Below are positions 1 through 12,493 of a stretch of 64,000 nucleotides of DNA, one piece after another. The notes beneath the pieces were generated by a model that searched no databases, was not told the origin of the DNA, and saw nothing but the letters and a program-made list of their open reading frames with translations. The position numbers and the translations under genes are program-made. Within the stretch, counting starts at the first letter, position 1, and the number at the start of each line of letters is the position of its first letter. Source of the DNA: Ranitomeya imitator. Taxonomy: Eukaryota. The stretch spans positions 217,186,001 to 217,250,000 of the forward strand of contig NC_091288.1 of assembly GCF_032444005.1 (NCBI RefSeq), given 5' to 3'.

Positions 1-70
1 TCTGCACATCTCATCACTTATCTTATTATTGGAAATTAGTAGATAACAGAGAACAATAGATTACATTCAC

Positions 71-258
71 CTGTCGCAGTTTCTCCCTAACCTAAAATGG
101 CAGATAGCGGAGCGATAAATTCAGCTGCACAGCAGAAGTGATAAGTTGGACAGTGGATCCCGATGTTACTAACGGTGTAATCGCTGATTAATAAAGTTAC
201 AGATCATCACACGGATGTAAACGATAAGCGGCACTTACCGGAGACGGGCAAGGTCCTG
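71..258 (-). CDS. Two candidate microexons (239-258 and 71-91) of an unidentified minus-strand gene running off the left edge
   Basis: Minus strand: ctctgattatag|CAGGACCTTGCCCGTCTCCG|gtaagt (20 nt) and ctgccattttag|GTTAGGGAGAAACTGCGACAG|gtgaat (21 nt). Both have good donors and acceptors; one joint reading is GPCPSP-VREKLRQ. Protein not recognised. Confidence 0.3.
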
Positions 259-709
259 CTATAATCAGAGATGACGAACTTAAAACTCAAGATCGAAAGA
301 GAGAGGAAGTTTATACAAACAGACGTCAGATTTAAAGGGCTGCAGACACAATGCAGATCACATCCTGGGGGCCGAGCTACAGATATTTACATTATTTATA
401 TCAAAGTGAACCTGGTGGACTTGACTCATCTCCTGCAATCGGAGCATCAAGCATTGCTGTGTACAAACCTCCCTACCAACCCCAGGTTCTTCTGTACTGT
501 CACTTTAAATCAAGGTAATCATCTCAAAAGTACGGGAATCTGGAGCAATATCCCCCAACACCCCGAATGGAAGGCGAAGTGCCCAACTGACCACCGTGCT
601 GTCAGTCTTCACTTTGTTCTAGCATTGTATTCATGAACCTGCATGAATCTGATGCAGATTTAATTTAGAACATCCTGGCAGACGGCTTCATCTGTAATTA
701 TTTGTATAT

Positions 710-2990
710 ATTATTATTATTATTATTTATATAGCACCATTGATTCCATGGTCTGTACATGAGAAAGGGTTACATACAAATCACAGATATCACTTACAGT
801 AAACTAACTAACAATGACAGACTGATACAGAGGGTAGAAGACCCGGCCCCCGCGGGCTTACATTCTACAGGATGGTGGGGATGGAGACAGTAGGTTGAGG
901 GTTGTAGGAGCTCCGGTGTTGGTGAGGCGGTAGCTCCGGTGTTGGTGAGGCGGTAGCTCCGGTGTTGGTGAGGCGGTAGCTCCGGTGTTGGTGAGGCGGT
1001 AGCTCTGGTGTTGGTGAGGCGGTAGCTCTGGTGTTGGTGAGGCGTTAGCTCTGGTGTTGGTGAGGCGGTAGCTCCGGTAGTGGTGAGGCGGTAGCTCCGG
1101 TGTTGTTGAGGCGGTAGCTCCGGTGTTGGTGAGGCGGTAGCTCCGGTAGTGGTGAGGCGGTAGCTCCAGTGTTGGTGAGGCGGTAGCTCTGGTGTTGGTG
1201 AGGCGGTAGCTCCGGTAGTGGTGAGGCGGTAGCTCCGGTAGTGGTGAGGCGGTAGCTCCGATATTGGTGAGGTGGTAGCTCTGGTGTTGGTGAGGCGGTA
1301 GCTCTGGTGTTGGTGAGGCGGTAGCTCCGGTGTTGGTGAGGCGGTAGCTCCGGTGTTGGTGAGGTGGTAGCTCCAGTAGTGGTGAGGCGGTAGCTTCGGT
1401 GTTGGTGAGGCGGTAGCTCCGGTGTTGGTGAGGCGGTAGCTCCGGTAGTGGTGAGGCAGTAGCTCCGGTGTTGGTGAGGCGGTAGCTCCGGTGTTGGTGA
1501 GGCAGTAGCTCCGGTGTTGGTGAGGCGGTAGCTCCGGTAGTGGTGAGGCGGTAGCTCCGGTGTTGTTGAGGCGGTAGCTCCGGTGTTGGTGAGGCGGTAG
1601 CTCCGGTAGTGGTGAGGCGGTAGCTCCAGGTTGGTGAGGCGGTAGCTCTGGTGTTGGTGAGGCGGTAGCTCCGGTAGTGGTGAGGCGGTAGCTCCGGTGT
1701 TGGTGAGGCGGTAGCTCCGGTATTGGTGAGGTGGTAGCTCTGGTGTTGGTGAGGCGGTAGCTCTGGTGTTGGTGAGGCGGTAGCTCCGGTGTTGGTGAGG
1801 CAGTAGCTCCGGTGTTGGTGAGGTGGTAGCTCCAGTAGTGGTGAGGCGGTAGCTTCGGTGTTGGTGAGGCGGTAGCTCCGGTGTTGGTGAGGCGGTAGCT
1901 CCGGTAGTGGTGAGGCAGTAGCTCCGGTGTTGGTGAGGCGGTAGCTCCGGTGTTGGTGAGGCAGTAGCTCCGGTGTTGGTGAGGCAGTAGCTCCGGTGTT
2001 GGTGAGGCAGCAGCGGGGTCAGTGCAGGCTGTAGGCTTTCCTGAAAAGGTGGGTTTTCAGGTTCCGTCTGAAGGATCCGAATGTGGTTGATAGTCGGACG
2101 TGTTGGGGCAGAGAATTCCAGAGGATGGGGGATATTCGGAAGAAGTCTTGGAGGTGGTTGGGTGAGGAGCGGATAACTGTGGAGGAGAGAAGGAGGTCTT
2201 GGGAGGACCGGAGATCACGTGAGGGAAGATATCGGGAGATTAGTTCAGAGATATATGGAGGAGACAGGTTATGGATGCCTTTGTACGTCAGTATTAGTAA
2301 TTTGAACTGGATACGCTGAGGGAATGGGAGCCAGTGAAGAGATTTGCAGAGGGAGGAAGCAGAGGAGTAGCGAGGAGAGAGATGAATTAGTCGGGCAGCA
2401 GAGTTAAGGATGGACTGGAGAGGTGCAAGGGTGTTAGCAGGGAGGCCACAGAAAAGGATGTTGCAGTAGTGGAAGCGGGAGATGATGAGGGCGTGCACAA
2501 GAGTTTTAGTAGATTGACGGTTGAGGAAAGGACGGATTCTGGAGATATTTTTGAGCTGGAGGCGACAGGAGGTGGACAGAGCTTGGATGTGCGGTTTGAA
2601 GGACAGGGCAGAGTCAAGGGTTACTCCGAGGCAGCGGACGTCGGGTACAGGGGAGGGAGTGATGTCGTTAATAGTGATAGATAGGTCAGGTAAGGAAGAT
2701 CTATGAGATGGAGGAAAGATGATGAGTTCAGATTTGTCCACATTGAGTTTGAGGAAGCGAGAGGAGAAGAAGGAGGATATGGCTGATAGACACTCCGGGA
2801 TTCTGGACAGCGGAGCGGTGACGTCTGGGCCAGAGAGGTAGATTTGAGTGTCGTCCGCATAGAGGTGGTACTGGAATCCATGGGACTTTAGGAGTTGTCC
2901 TAGGCCAAGTGTATAGATTGAGAAGAGTAGGGGTCCTAGGACAGAGCCTTGAGGGACTCCAACACAGAGAAGGGGCGAGATGAGAAGGTA
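710..2990 (-). mobile_element. 5'-truncated L2 (CR1/L2 clade) LINE: RT C-terminal half, 3' UTR and (TAA)n tail
   Basis: Minus-strand translation near 2820-2965 gives [18 protein letters not shown]...[10 protein letters not shown], continuing into ORF 2019-2741 ([29 protein letters not shown]). (TTA)n run on + at about 710-727 is the tail. Confidence 0.9.
910..2008. repeat. 23-bp minisatellite (gctccggtgttggtgaggcggta)n inside the L2 3' UTR
   Basis: Unit starts at 910, 933 and so on; about 48 copies; ends just before the L2 ORF2 stop at 2019. Confidence 0.95.
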
Positions 2991-3612
2991 TGGAGCATCT
3001 ACAGCTTCTCTGGAGGCCGGGAGACTCTCACGTCACAAAAACAATCATAGTTCTTAAAAATGTAAATAGAAGCAGTAGGACTGAGACATGATGCAGAACA
3101 GACGATTCATGCACGCTCATTCGTTGTACCTGAGAGGTGACAGCAGAGCAGTACTGTGCACACTCATCCATGACACATGAGATCAGTAAAGCTGCGCACT
3201 CTCACACACCTCAGACTCTAGTCCTATAGTTTGTGCTCACCCAGCAAACAGCAGAAGATCCGTCTGTAGAGTACAACCCCCAGCATGTACACACACCTCT
3301 GCGGCCAGGCTCTATTACCCATTCCACAAATCATTCATCATCTGTTCATTGCACTTTAACAGGGAAGTCAGTGCACCCCCGCCCCCCCCATCAGGCCTGT
3401 AACATCCTCCCTGTGTTTACCAATACCACGCTCCATGTGTCACCGCCATATACTGTGCACGGTATCTATACCGCCATAAAATACATATTCCCAGAATAGC
3501 ACCAAGGTCATCATAGAAACGTGACATTTGTGAGTGCAACTCCTTACTGCTCAGATGTAGCAGAGTTCAGCTGATCATTTATACATTGTGATAGCCATGA
3601 ATACAGGAATTT

Positions 3613-4566
3613 GTAGTAGATGTCACCTGCAGTCCTATGTAACACCACAGATAACACAGTGATAACTCCGAGTACAGATAATGTAGTAGATGTCACCTGC
3701 AGACCTATGTAACACCACAGATAACACAGTGATAACTCCGAGTACAGATAATGTAGTAGATGTCACCTGCAGTCCTATGTAACACCACAGATAACACAGT
3801 GATCACTCCCTGAGTACAGATAATGTAGTGATGTCACCTGCAGTCCTATGTAACACCACAGATAACACAGTGATCACTCTCTGAGTACAGATAATGTAGT
3901 AGATGTCACCTGCAGTCCTATGTAACACCACAGATAACAGTGATAACGCTCTGAGTACAGATAATGTAGTAGATGTCACCTGCAGTCCTATGTAACACCA
4001 CAGATAACACAGTGATAACTCTCTGAGTACAGATAATGTAGATGTCACCCGCAGTCCTATGTAACACCCCAGATAACACAGTGATAACTCTCTGAGTACA
4101 GATAATGTAGATGTCACCTGCAGTCCTATGTAACACCACAGATAACACAGTGATAACTCTCTGAGTACAGATAATGTAGTAGATGTCACCTGCAGTCCTA
4201 TGTAACACCACAGATGACACAGTGATAACTCTCTGAGTACAGGTAATGTAGTAGATGTCACCTGCAGTCCTATGTAACACCACAGATAACACAGTGATAA
4301 CTCTCTGAGTACAGATAATGTAGTAAATGTCACCTGCAGTCCTATGTAACACCACAGATAACACAGTGATAACTCTCTGAGTACAGATAATGTAGTAGAG
4401 GTCACCTGCAGTCCCATGTAACACCACAGATAACAGTTATAACTCTCTGCGTACAGATAAAGTAGTACATGTCACCTGCAGTCCCATGTAACACCACAGA
4501 TAACAGTTATAACTCTCTGCGTACAGATAAAGTAGTACATGTCACCTGCAGTCCTATGTAACACCA
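3613..4566. repeat. ~70-72-bp tandem repeat (gtagtagatgtcacctgcagtcctatgtaacaccacagataacacagtgataactctctgagtacagataat)
   Basis: About 13 directly visible units; explains ORFs 3803-4417 and 3918-4427. Confidence 0.95.
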
Positions 4567-4879
4567 TTTTGTTTTCTTGGTTTGCCCAGAGGGCTGTATT
4601 TTCTTTACCACACCTTGGTTTATGCTGCCTACAATAAACCAAAAGAAGTTCTTAAAGCCGCAGTGTACCCGTGTCTACCTCCATGTGCAGCCGATCTACC
4701 ACAGCGCGGACTGCAATACATCGGCCACGCAGTAAAAAGTGTTCTAGTGGAAAACATTTCAGGAAATGCTTTTTCTTTGAGGAGTTTTCGGAGGAGCTGT
4801 GCTTCTTAAACTAAAAAAAAAACCCCTCTGGGCACGATTCATAGATGTTTTCATGCCAAAATTCTGGCATAAAAACTCT

Positions 4880-6640
4880 GAAAGTCTAAATATTTTGGTG
4901 CAAAGAGAGGCTGAGAACTTGGACAACCTCTCCATTCCAGACACAAAGACATCTGTGTCATCAATCTCTAAGTGGAGCTGTCTGTGCTTTCTAGAAGACT
5001 CTCATTTTGTCCTACTAAGGCCCTAGATAAAACTGAACTTTGCAATGATATGGAAAATTACTTCAGGAGACTGCGCCTGAGGGAATATTTCAATGATACA
5101 GAAGATTCAGAGCCGACCCGGACTGAAGGAAGAGGGATTGTGACAACCAAGTAGAGGTCAGACTGGACACCTCCACCGGGACGCAACCCTCATTTGGATA
5201 ACTATATAGACTCCTTCAGACATTTGATAAAATCCACCATCGTAGACACAAACAGGAGACAAGCATCCAACATCAGTGCCCAGGAGAGAAAGGCCATACA
5301 GTCTCTGAAAACCAACAAAGAAATCATCAATAAAACTGCAAACAGAGGTGCAATAGTCATGATGAACACATCAGACAACATGAAGGAAGCAAACAGACAA
5401 TTTGAGAACACACGCTACTACAAAAAACTGGAGTCTGATCCTACACAGGACTATTACAAGGAACTAAACAAGTTGGTATCTTGTCTGCCCGATGAATCCA
5501 TGAAAATGATGACCTGATACCCGAGAGGCCAAGAATAGGGACATTCTACATGCTTCACAAAAATCAATAAATTTGGAAATCCAGGAAGAACGATTATTTC
5601 AGGCAGGCATCTGGATGGGTAGAGGGTATTCTTAAACCCCTGGAAAAGGATACACCCAGTTACATTCAGGACACAACTGACCTATAGAATAAACTAGCAG
5701 CAATGGGTCCGCTACCAGAAGGAACCATCCTGGCCACCATGTACTCTAATATCCCACACCAGGATGGATTAAATGCCTGCAAAGTCTTCATGGAAAACAC
5801 AGGGACTGATGCGGGTTCTGAGGTGAAACTTACAAACAATTACTTTGAATTTGATAATAAGATCTATCTTCAGGAGATGGTACAGCCATGGGAAGTAATA
5901 TGGCTCCTCAGTACGCAAATCTTTTTATGGCCAAGCTTGAAAGCGACTTTTTGCCCTCATGTCCCATCAGACCTCTGGCGTACTACCGCTACATTGATGA
6001 CATTTTAACCATCTGGACGGAGTCTGAGCCGCAGCTGAAGACGTTCCATGAACAGTTTAATCAATTTCATCCTAACATCAACTTGACACTCAACTATTCC
6101 TGCACTGAAATTAACTTTTTGGACACCATCATTAAGCTGCAGAACAATAAAATAGAGACATCCCTGTATCAGAAGCCAATTGACCGTCCAACATACCTTA
6201 AATGGGACAGTTTCCATCCAAAACACATAAAAAACTCTATTGTCTACAGCCAAGCCATCAGATGCAATCGTATATGTTCCAACCCAATGGATAGGGATGA
6301 ACACCTTGGTCGCCTCAGAAAGACCTTTTTGAATCAGGGCTACCATCCAAGAACAATTGAAAACCAGATTACAAGAGCCACCCAGATCTCAGTCACTGGA
6401 CAATAAAATCTTCACAGTCCTTGTTTACGAACTGTTGCAACCGTTTCTCCCTGTCCCATCGTTATACTTCTGCTTCACGTCTTTTGTCTTTTCTATTGCA
6501 TTATTCCTATGTCCTCGAGTATAAATATGTGACCTCAAATTTTGTGTTAGTCTTTGCCTGATGAAGAGACCTGAGTAGTCTTGAAAGTTTACAATGTGTT
6601 ACGATCTTTTCAGTTAGCCATTAAAAGGCATCAACCACTG
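4880..6640 (+). mobile_element. Degenerate Penelope-like retroelement (frameshifted RT; GIY-YIG region not seen; 3' terminal repeat region present)
   Basis: ORF pieces with PLE motifs: YFRRLRLREYF, NISAQERKAIQSLKTNKEII(K)..NRGAIV, MGSNMAPQYANLFM, YYRYIDDILTIW, INFLD, LYQKP.DR..YL...SFHP.H.K.SI.YSQA.R. Several stops and frameshifts. Confidence 0.88.
6553..6595 (+). ncRNA. Degenerate type I hammerhead ribozyme motif in the Penelope terminal region
   Basis: tttgc-CTGATGA-agagac(ctgagta)gtctt-GAAAG-TTT-acaat: core CUGAUGA at 6558-6564, stem II hairpin, GAAA at 6583-6586, then a short stem III/cleavage region and a stem I partner with mismatches. Hammerheads in PLE terminal repeats are established. 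Confidence 0.6.
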
Positions 6641-7657
6641 GGGTCTGATCTGGTGTTCTATTAATTAAATGATCTGATAAAGGGTCTGAAGGGATCTAAA
6701 CATCTGGTCTAGGCTTTGAAGAATGTAGGGGTCTGGTTTGATTGATTTATGAGTTTGTTATGGGTTCTGAGTTTGTTACTACAGAGGTTGGGGATGGCTG
6801 TATTAATGAGGGGCTAACGATGTCTTGGCAGCAAACTCGGCAGTTGTCAGAAGTCATTGTAGCAGTCTGGGCCGGATGGAGAGAAAAATGAAAGAACCTG
6901 TGAGTACATATTCTGTATTCTTGCTCAATATTCTGCAGTGCAGCATTATACACCTGGTATCGGATCTGTATGGTCACTGTATGGCAGTATTATTCACTGT
7001 ATACCTTCTTGTATAGTGTTAGCATACGCCTTTCCCTCGCTGTCTATCAGGTGTTTCTACTTTCTGGTTTACTTTCACTTCTTGTGTTGTTGGCTGTAAA
7101 GTTTGCAAATCTCAAGGTCGGCAAAGAAACATTCTCGGAAACAGCTCTTCTAGAAGATTTCTTGTGCTTGACCAAACATAAGGCAAGAAGGCATGAGGTT
7201 GTAAAAGAGACTACACATCAGATCCTTGGCTGAAAAAGTTATCAAGTAAGGTTTCCCATATTTAATAAGTTGGGCGTCAAAAACATTGACAAATCGCGAG
7301 TGCAGCCCCGGATGTGATTAGAGTCATGTAATCATTCTGTACGGTGCTGTGGATGCCGCCATCACCGATTTTACGAGTATGTTGACGATGTAACTGTCAG
7401 CTCTGCTCCAAGTGGAATTTTCCTGGCAGGATGAGAGTATTTTAATGGAAATATTAACCGCTGATTAAGCTTTGTGTTAATCTTTGAGCTGTTACAGGTG
7501 AAAAGTAACAAATACGTGTTACCCTCCCTCTCCCGATTCATCCTGGATCACACCATGTCGACTCCAGTCACATCCAGAGCAGCATGCACAATTCTGCTCA
7601 CATGTCACACTGCTGTATATGCAGCTCTGGGGGAGGACCAGAGTACAAGACAACTTA

Positions 7658-7974
7658 GGCTACGTTCACATTTGCGTTGTTGGGCGTAGCGTCGTCGACG
7701 CAACCAACAACGCATATACACAACGCTGCGTTTTTTGACGCATGCGTTGACATAAACTAGAAATGTTCATGAATTTTGGCGCAGGGAAAACGCTACAAGT
7801 AGCGTCATCCGCGCCCTATCAGGTGCGTCAAATTGACGCATGCGTCATAAAACGCAATACAATGCATACCGGCGCATGTCCATGCACCCCCCATGTTAAA
7901 GATAGGGGCGCATGACTCATGTGTCGGTATGTGTCGACGACGCTGCGCCCAACAACGCAAATGTGAACGTAGCC
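7658..7974. mobile_element. MITE with long TIRs and TTA target-site duplication (PIF/Harbinger-like)
   Basis: Left end ggctacgttcacatttgcgttgttgggcgtagcgtcgtcgac is the near reverse complement of right end gtcgacgacgctgcgcccaacaacgcaaatgtgaacgtagcc; tta at 7655-7657 and 7975-7977. Confidence 0.85.
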
Positions 7975-9424
7975 TTATTCAGGTTTTTTTTGTCTCAACG
8001 GCACATGAAACAAAGATCACTGACAACCTGCAGCTTTCCTCTTGTGAAGATCAAACTCTCTGACAATCTGCAGGAGTATATACCACCCAGGGTTTGTGGA
8101 AAGTTGGGTGACATAAGACATGACAGCAGGGAAATGATCGACGCTTGAGGATTTTGGGGGGAGTCAGACAGTCACATCTGTAGGTGACCTACATAGACCA
8201 GGCAGGTAAGGAAAAACAAGCAGGGGAAAATAGGATCATTCTTCAAGAGAAAATCCACAGCTCAGTCATGGGAGGAGCGAGGCGTTCTCCAGCTGCACGA
8301 GATGACGAGGCTCCGATAATAAACAGGAAACTATCTGTTCATAACAGATACCGTCCGCATTCACTCAGCGAGAACACCGCCATCACATTCCGTGGCCCCG
8401 AGTCAGTATGGTGGACTGCAGCATGATAGTATCATCATGGAGACATTCGGCTCTGGGTATCTTGTGCCTCTATATTGACTATATAGTGTGACAATAAAAG
8501 GTGGATGAGGACTGTAATCTCCGAGGTGGGGTGGGGAGTCAGGACATCCCGAAGAAGTTATCACAGCGTATGTGACTTTATCCTCAAAGTAGCCTTTAAA
8601 TAACAATCCAAAGAATGACGTGATGGTGCTGGACCTACGGAGTCAGTGTGACTGAACTAACTGATCCAAGATACACTGAAGTAACAGCAACTTCACAACC
8701 TTTATTTTTTTTAATTCTTCACACATTGCCAACAAGTAAAGCCGTTTAAAACGTCATAATTTTGCTACTAAACAAAAATCCTGAAACCAAGGCTTGTGTG
8801 TCACAGAAAGTGCATTTCCTTGCTGGTGAAATGGACAATTCAGTATTTTAAAAGAGAAATCTTCATCATTCAGAAATGTAGCGTTCAATATATTTTTATT
8901 AAACAGTTCACAACAATTTTCATTACATCGTGGAATATTACACGATGAACATTTGAAGAAAATAAGCAACCTAGCAAGCAGACAAAAAAAATAAAATGAA
9001 CACGCAATCTCACTCTTTTTTTTTTGTCTATACAAATGTTATGTCAGTATGTCTATAATGAATCATCCATAGTCATGTTGTAGTACACAACTTTGTTCAA
9101 GTATCCCAAGAGAGGAGGGAGAAAAAGAATAAAGTCAATATGAGATATAATTGAGGAGAGGGAAAGAAAGCATTAGAGAAAAGGAAAGAATGGGGTAAAG
9201 AAAGAAGTAGGATTCCAAAAACCCAACACCCCCCACAACTCTTATCTGCTAGGAAACCTGAGAAAGAGTACCTTGTGTTAACCATGACTGAAAATGTTGT
9301 GACTCTTAAAACTGGATCCATGGATGCCAACTTGCAAACCATTCAACACCCAACCTGTCGTCAAACGCTCTGATCTCTTCCATTCGCTGCACAACATCTA
9401 TCGCCTCCACCCAGTCTATTCGTT

Positions 9425-9925
9425 TTAGTATGACTTATCCCTGAGCTGCCATTGTGCCAGACAAATTTTCTCATTATTTTGCGTAAACTGATAAAAAAAG
9501 GATTTTTTCATATCCTGCAGAATGGTCTGGAAGAAGTACAATATTTTAGGCAAAATATCCATTTTGAGAGCATTTATTCTTCCAAACCATGAGAGCAGGA
9601 GACCGCGCCAAGCATCAATCTCCTTTTCCAAGGAGCGTTTGAGAGGGGGAGGGGGGGATTAGGGTCAAATATTTTTTGAGGATCTGCAGGTACGTTGATA
9701 CGTAGCTATTTTCTGGAATGTTGTCTCCAACGAAAAGAAAAGATGATCTACCTCATGATCAGATAAGGTTATATTAAGTCATTCTGATTTCTGGAGGTTC
9801 ACCTTAAAATTGCTCAACCTACTGAACCTATCAAACTCTTTTAATATAGACGGGAGACTAATTCTAGGAGAGGAAACATATAATAACAGATCGTCTGCTA
9901 ATAGGGCTAATTTATGTTTTGCCTA
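9425..9925 (-). mobile_element. L1/Tx1-clade LINE ORF2 fragment (degenerate RT)
   Basis: Minus strand reads KHKLALLADDLLLYVSSPRISLPSILKEFDRFSRLSNFKVNLQKSE, then LSWFGRINALKMDILPKILYFFQT. Confidence 0.8.
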
Positions 9926-10430
9926 AGGGCATTTGCCAATGATTCCATTTCTAAAATATACAAATATGGAGACAACGGGCAGCCTAGTCTTGTCCGATTT
10001 CTTACTTGAAACGGGGCTCATGATTCAGAAATGTAAAAGACAAAGTGTGCATATTGTGAAAGAAATATATATTTTTTCACACTTTCTTGCTGTAAATGGT
10101 CCAATATTAGACCCGTACATATTATCCAAATTCCGCTTTTGGTTACCATCTGTTTTCCCTAGGCTGTGGTTACTTAGACATTAGTAAGACTTGGGTTTGC
10201 ATTTACAGAGCTCAAAACGGGATTCAATACCGTCCTTGGAGACCTCAGAGTGCTGTACATGTATTTTCCGGACAATTAGAGGCTTTGCAGTATCACAATT
10301 CTAATTTTTGGGGAACATTTGATGAAGCTGGCAAATTCGATTTTCAAAACAGCTGCTCATCTCTAGTCGTTATCACTGACATCTAGTGAATTGTTAGAAT
10401 ATTATTTTTCACTATCATATTATAAAATCA

Positions 10431-10541
10431 TGTTGTCGACTAGATCACCAGGGAATGCATATTGTCCACTAGATCACCAGGGACCACATTTTGTCTATTA
10501 GATCACCAGGGAACACATATTGTCCATTAGATCGTCAGGGA
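10431..10541. repeat. Short ~30-bp tandem repeat (tgtccactagatcaccaggga core, 4 copies)
   Basis: Four recurrences of tagatcaccaggga-like motif. Confidence 0.7.
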
Positions 10542-10980
10542 CCCTTGAGGTTCACAGGAGAATTCTCTGATAGACAAGTTGAACATTACATGGTGGCAAC
10601 ATCAAGGACTGTTGCCTATAGATCCTCCTCTGCAACCGTCTACGTAATCTGGTGATCAAACACCGCGATCCTGGCAGTGCTACCCAGGAGGTCGTTGTGA
10701 AGCTCTGGTTCAGCTCCCTCCTAGATTCCTTCCTCCAGAGAGGGCAATAGATAATTGCAGCATTGTGTACTAATGTTCATCAAGCATACTAATATCACTC
10801 AGTATCTTAAGTAATTGTCTTGAGGATCCTATTGACTGTCTGGCACCAATTCACCCACTATATGCATTACATACGCACATTATACCCCTTCTCTCAGTCC
10901 GAAAAATCCCAAATTCCATTCTTTTGCACATATTGTCACAAGATAATTAAATACACCACAGGCACAAGTTACAAAAGCAG

Positions 10981-10993
10981 AATAAAGTTTATT
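10981..10993. terminator. Palindromic AATAAAGTTTATT; the minus-strand AATAAA (10993-10988) is the likely CABP5 polyadenylation signal
   Basis: Lies about 165 nt downstream of the CABP5 stop codon on the minus strand. Confidence 0.55.
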
Positions 10994-11157
10994 CACAGTA
11001 ACGGTGGAGGTCGCAGATCTTATACATAACATCAGGGGGTCGCCTACTCACAGCTACATCCAAGCACTAGACACAGAGGCTTGTGAGGCGTCGTACATTA
11101 TACGGCATGGTGAGGGTAAAACAATATCGGGTTGTCTGCGATCTTCTCAGTAAGACT

Positions 11158-12493
11158 TCAACGCGACATCATCCGAACAAACTCTGCGAGAGACAGACGG
11201 AAAGTGACGAGAATAAGGCGAGGTGAGGTATGAGGGACAGGGTATTGGAGACCTCCTCCTACCTTCAAAATCCACCGTCCCATCCCCATTCATATCAGCT
11301 TCCCGGACGACATCGGCAATTTCGTTATTGGTCAGTTTTTCTCCCAGAAGTCTTTGCATGGCCTGCTGAAGTTCATCTAATGTGATCTCGCCATCACCGT
11401 TAGTGTCGAACTGTGAATATATTACAATACGAGTGTAATGGGAAGAGTTGAGAGTCTTTCATTTACCCAATTAGACCAATGATATAAAGTAAAGCGGAAT
11501 AGGATTGGCTGGTTTGAGTTTTCGCCTTTACCTGCTCTTATATATGGGGCCACAGTGTTATCCCTTTGTCCGAGGTCTAGACGATTGAAAACTGGCGGTC
11601 GAATTATTGGGACCTATGACGATTACAAGAATGGGGTCCGCGGTGCCCCATTTTAATTGACCGATGGTTGATCATGTGCACCACCGCTCTAGCCATTGAT
11701 GGAGATAAACGATGGCTGCAGTCTAATATCACCACCAGTCCTGTTCTCATACGAGAGCCATATTGCTTGTTAGTCATCTTTTTAGATCCACGTTTGAGCC
11801 TCTCACCTCTTTAAAAGCATCCCTCAGTTCCTTCACTCCGATCATCCCAGCTGTCTCCTCCAGGAGTTTTGGAGTCATCAGGTCCACAAAGTCCTGGAAG
11901 TCAACACGACCTCCAACTGGAGATGAAAAAGGGTGAAAATAGAGGATGAGAACATGGAGGAGGGAGAGGGTGACCTGACTACTCCTCTCATTATCCCCTC
12001 CTCTCTTCCCTGATAGAATGGAGGAGATGGCTATAAGTGTCCCAGCCTGTGATACTCACGGTTCATGTTGATCTGTTGGGACAGTTCTATAAGCTCCATC
12101 TCGGTGGGCATGTATCCCATGATCCTCATCAGATTCCCCAGGTCCTTGCAGGTGATGAAGCCATCCTTGTCCTTGTCAAACTCCAAAAAGGCATCACGTA
12201 ATTCTACAAGGAATTAAAAGACCAAGAATAACTGATAGTAATAACCCATGTATAAAGTATACAGTTACTAATCACAAGGTCTTCGGGTTCTCCAATTCTG
12301 TCATTAGTTCACGCTTACCTTCAATCTCATCCGTTCCCAGTTCTCGGTACTAGAAAAAGAGAAGACATGAAGGCACATAATAGATGTGGCTTATGTATGA
12401 AGTCTGTCTATTCCAAATTCCTTGTGTCCTTACCACTTGTTTCTCAGCAATGCCCTTACGTAGAAAGATACAGGCTGGACCGAGCCCCTGCAT
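11158..12493 (-). CDS. CABP5: Calcium-binding protein 5 (EF-hand CaBP family), 6 coding exons, 172 aa
   Basis: Exons 12493-12434, 12349-12319, 12203-12060, 11916-11807, 11410-11263, 11183-11158; all GT-AG, phases consistent, 519 nt. Protein [187 protein letters not shown] and [12 protein letters not shown] are CABP5-type. Confidence 0.92.

Noticed and set aside
271-636. 121-aa plus-strand ORF
   Set aside because: No recognisable motif or homology and no supporting splice structure.
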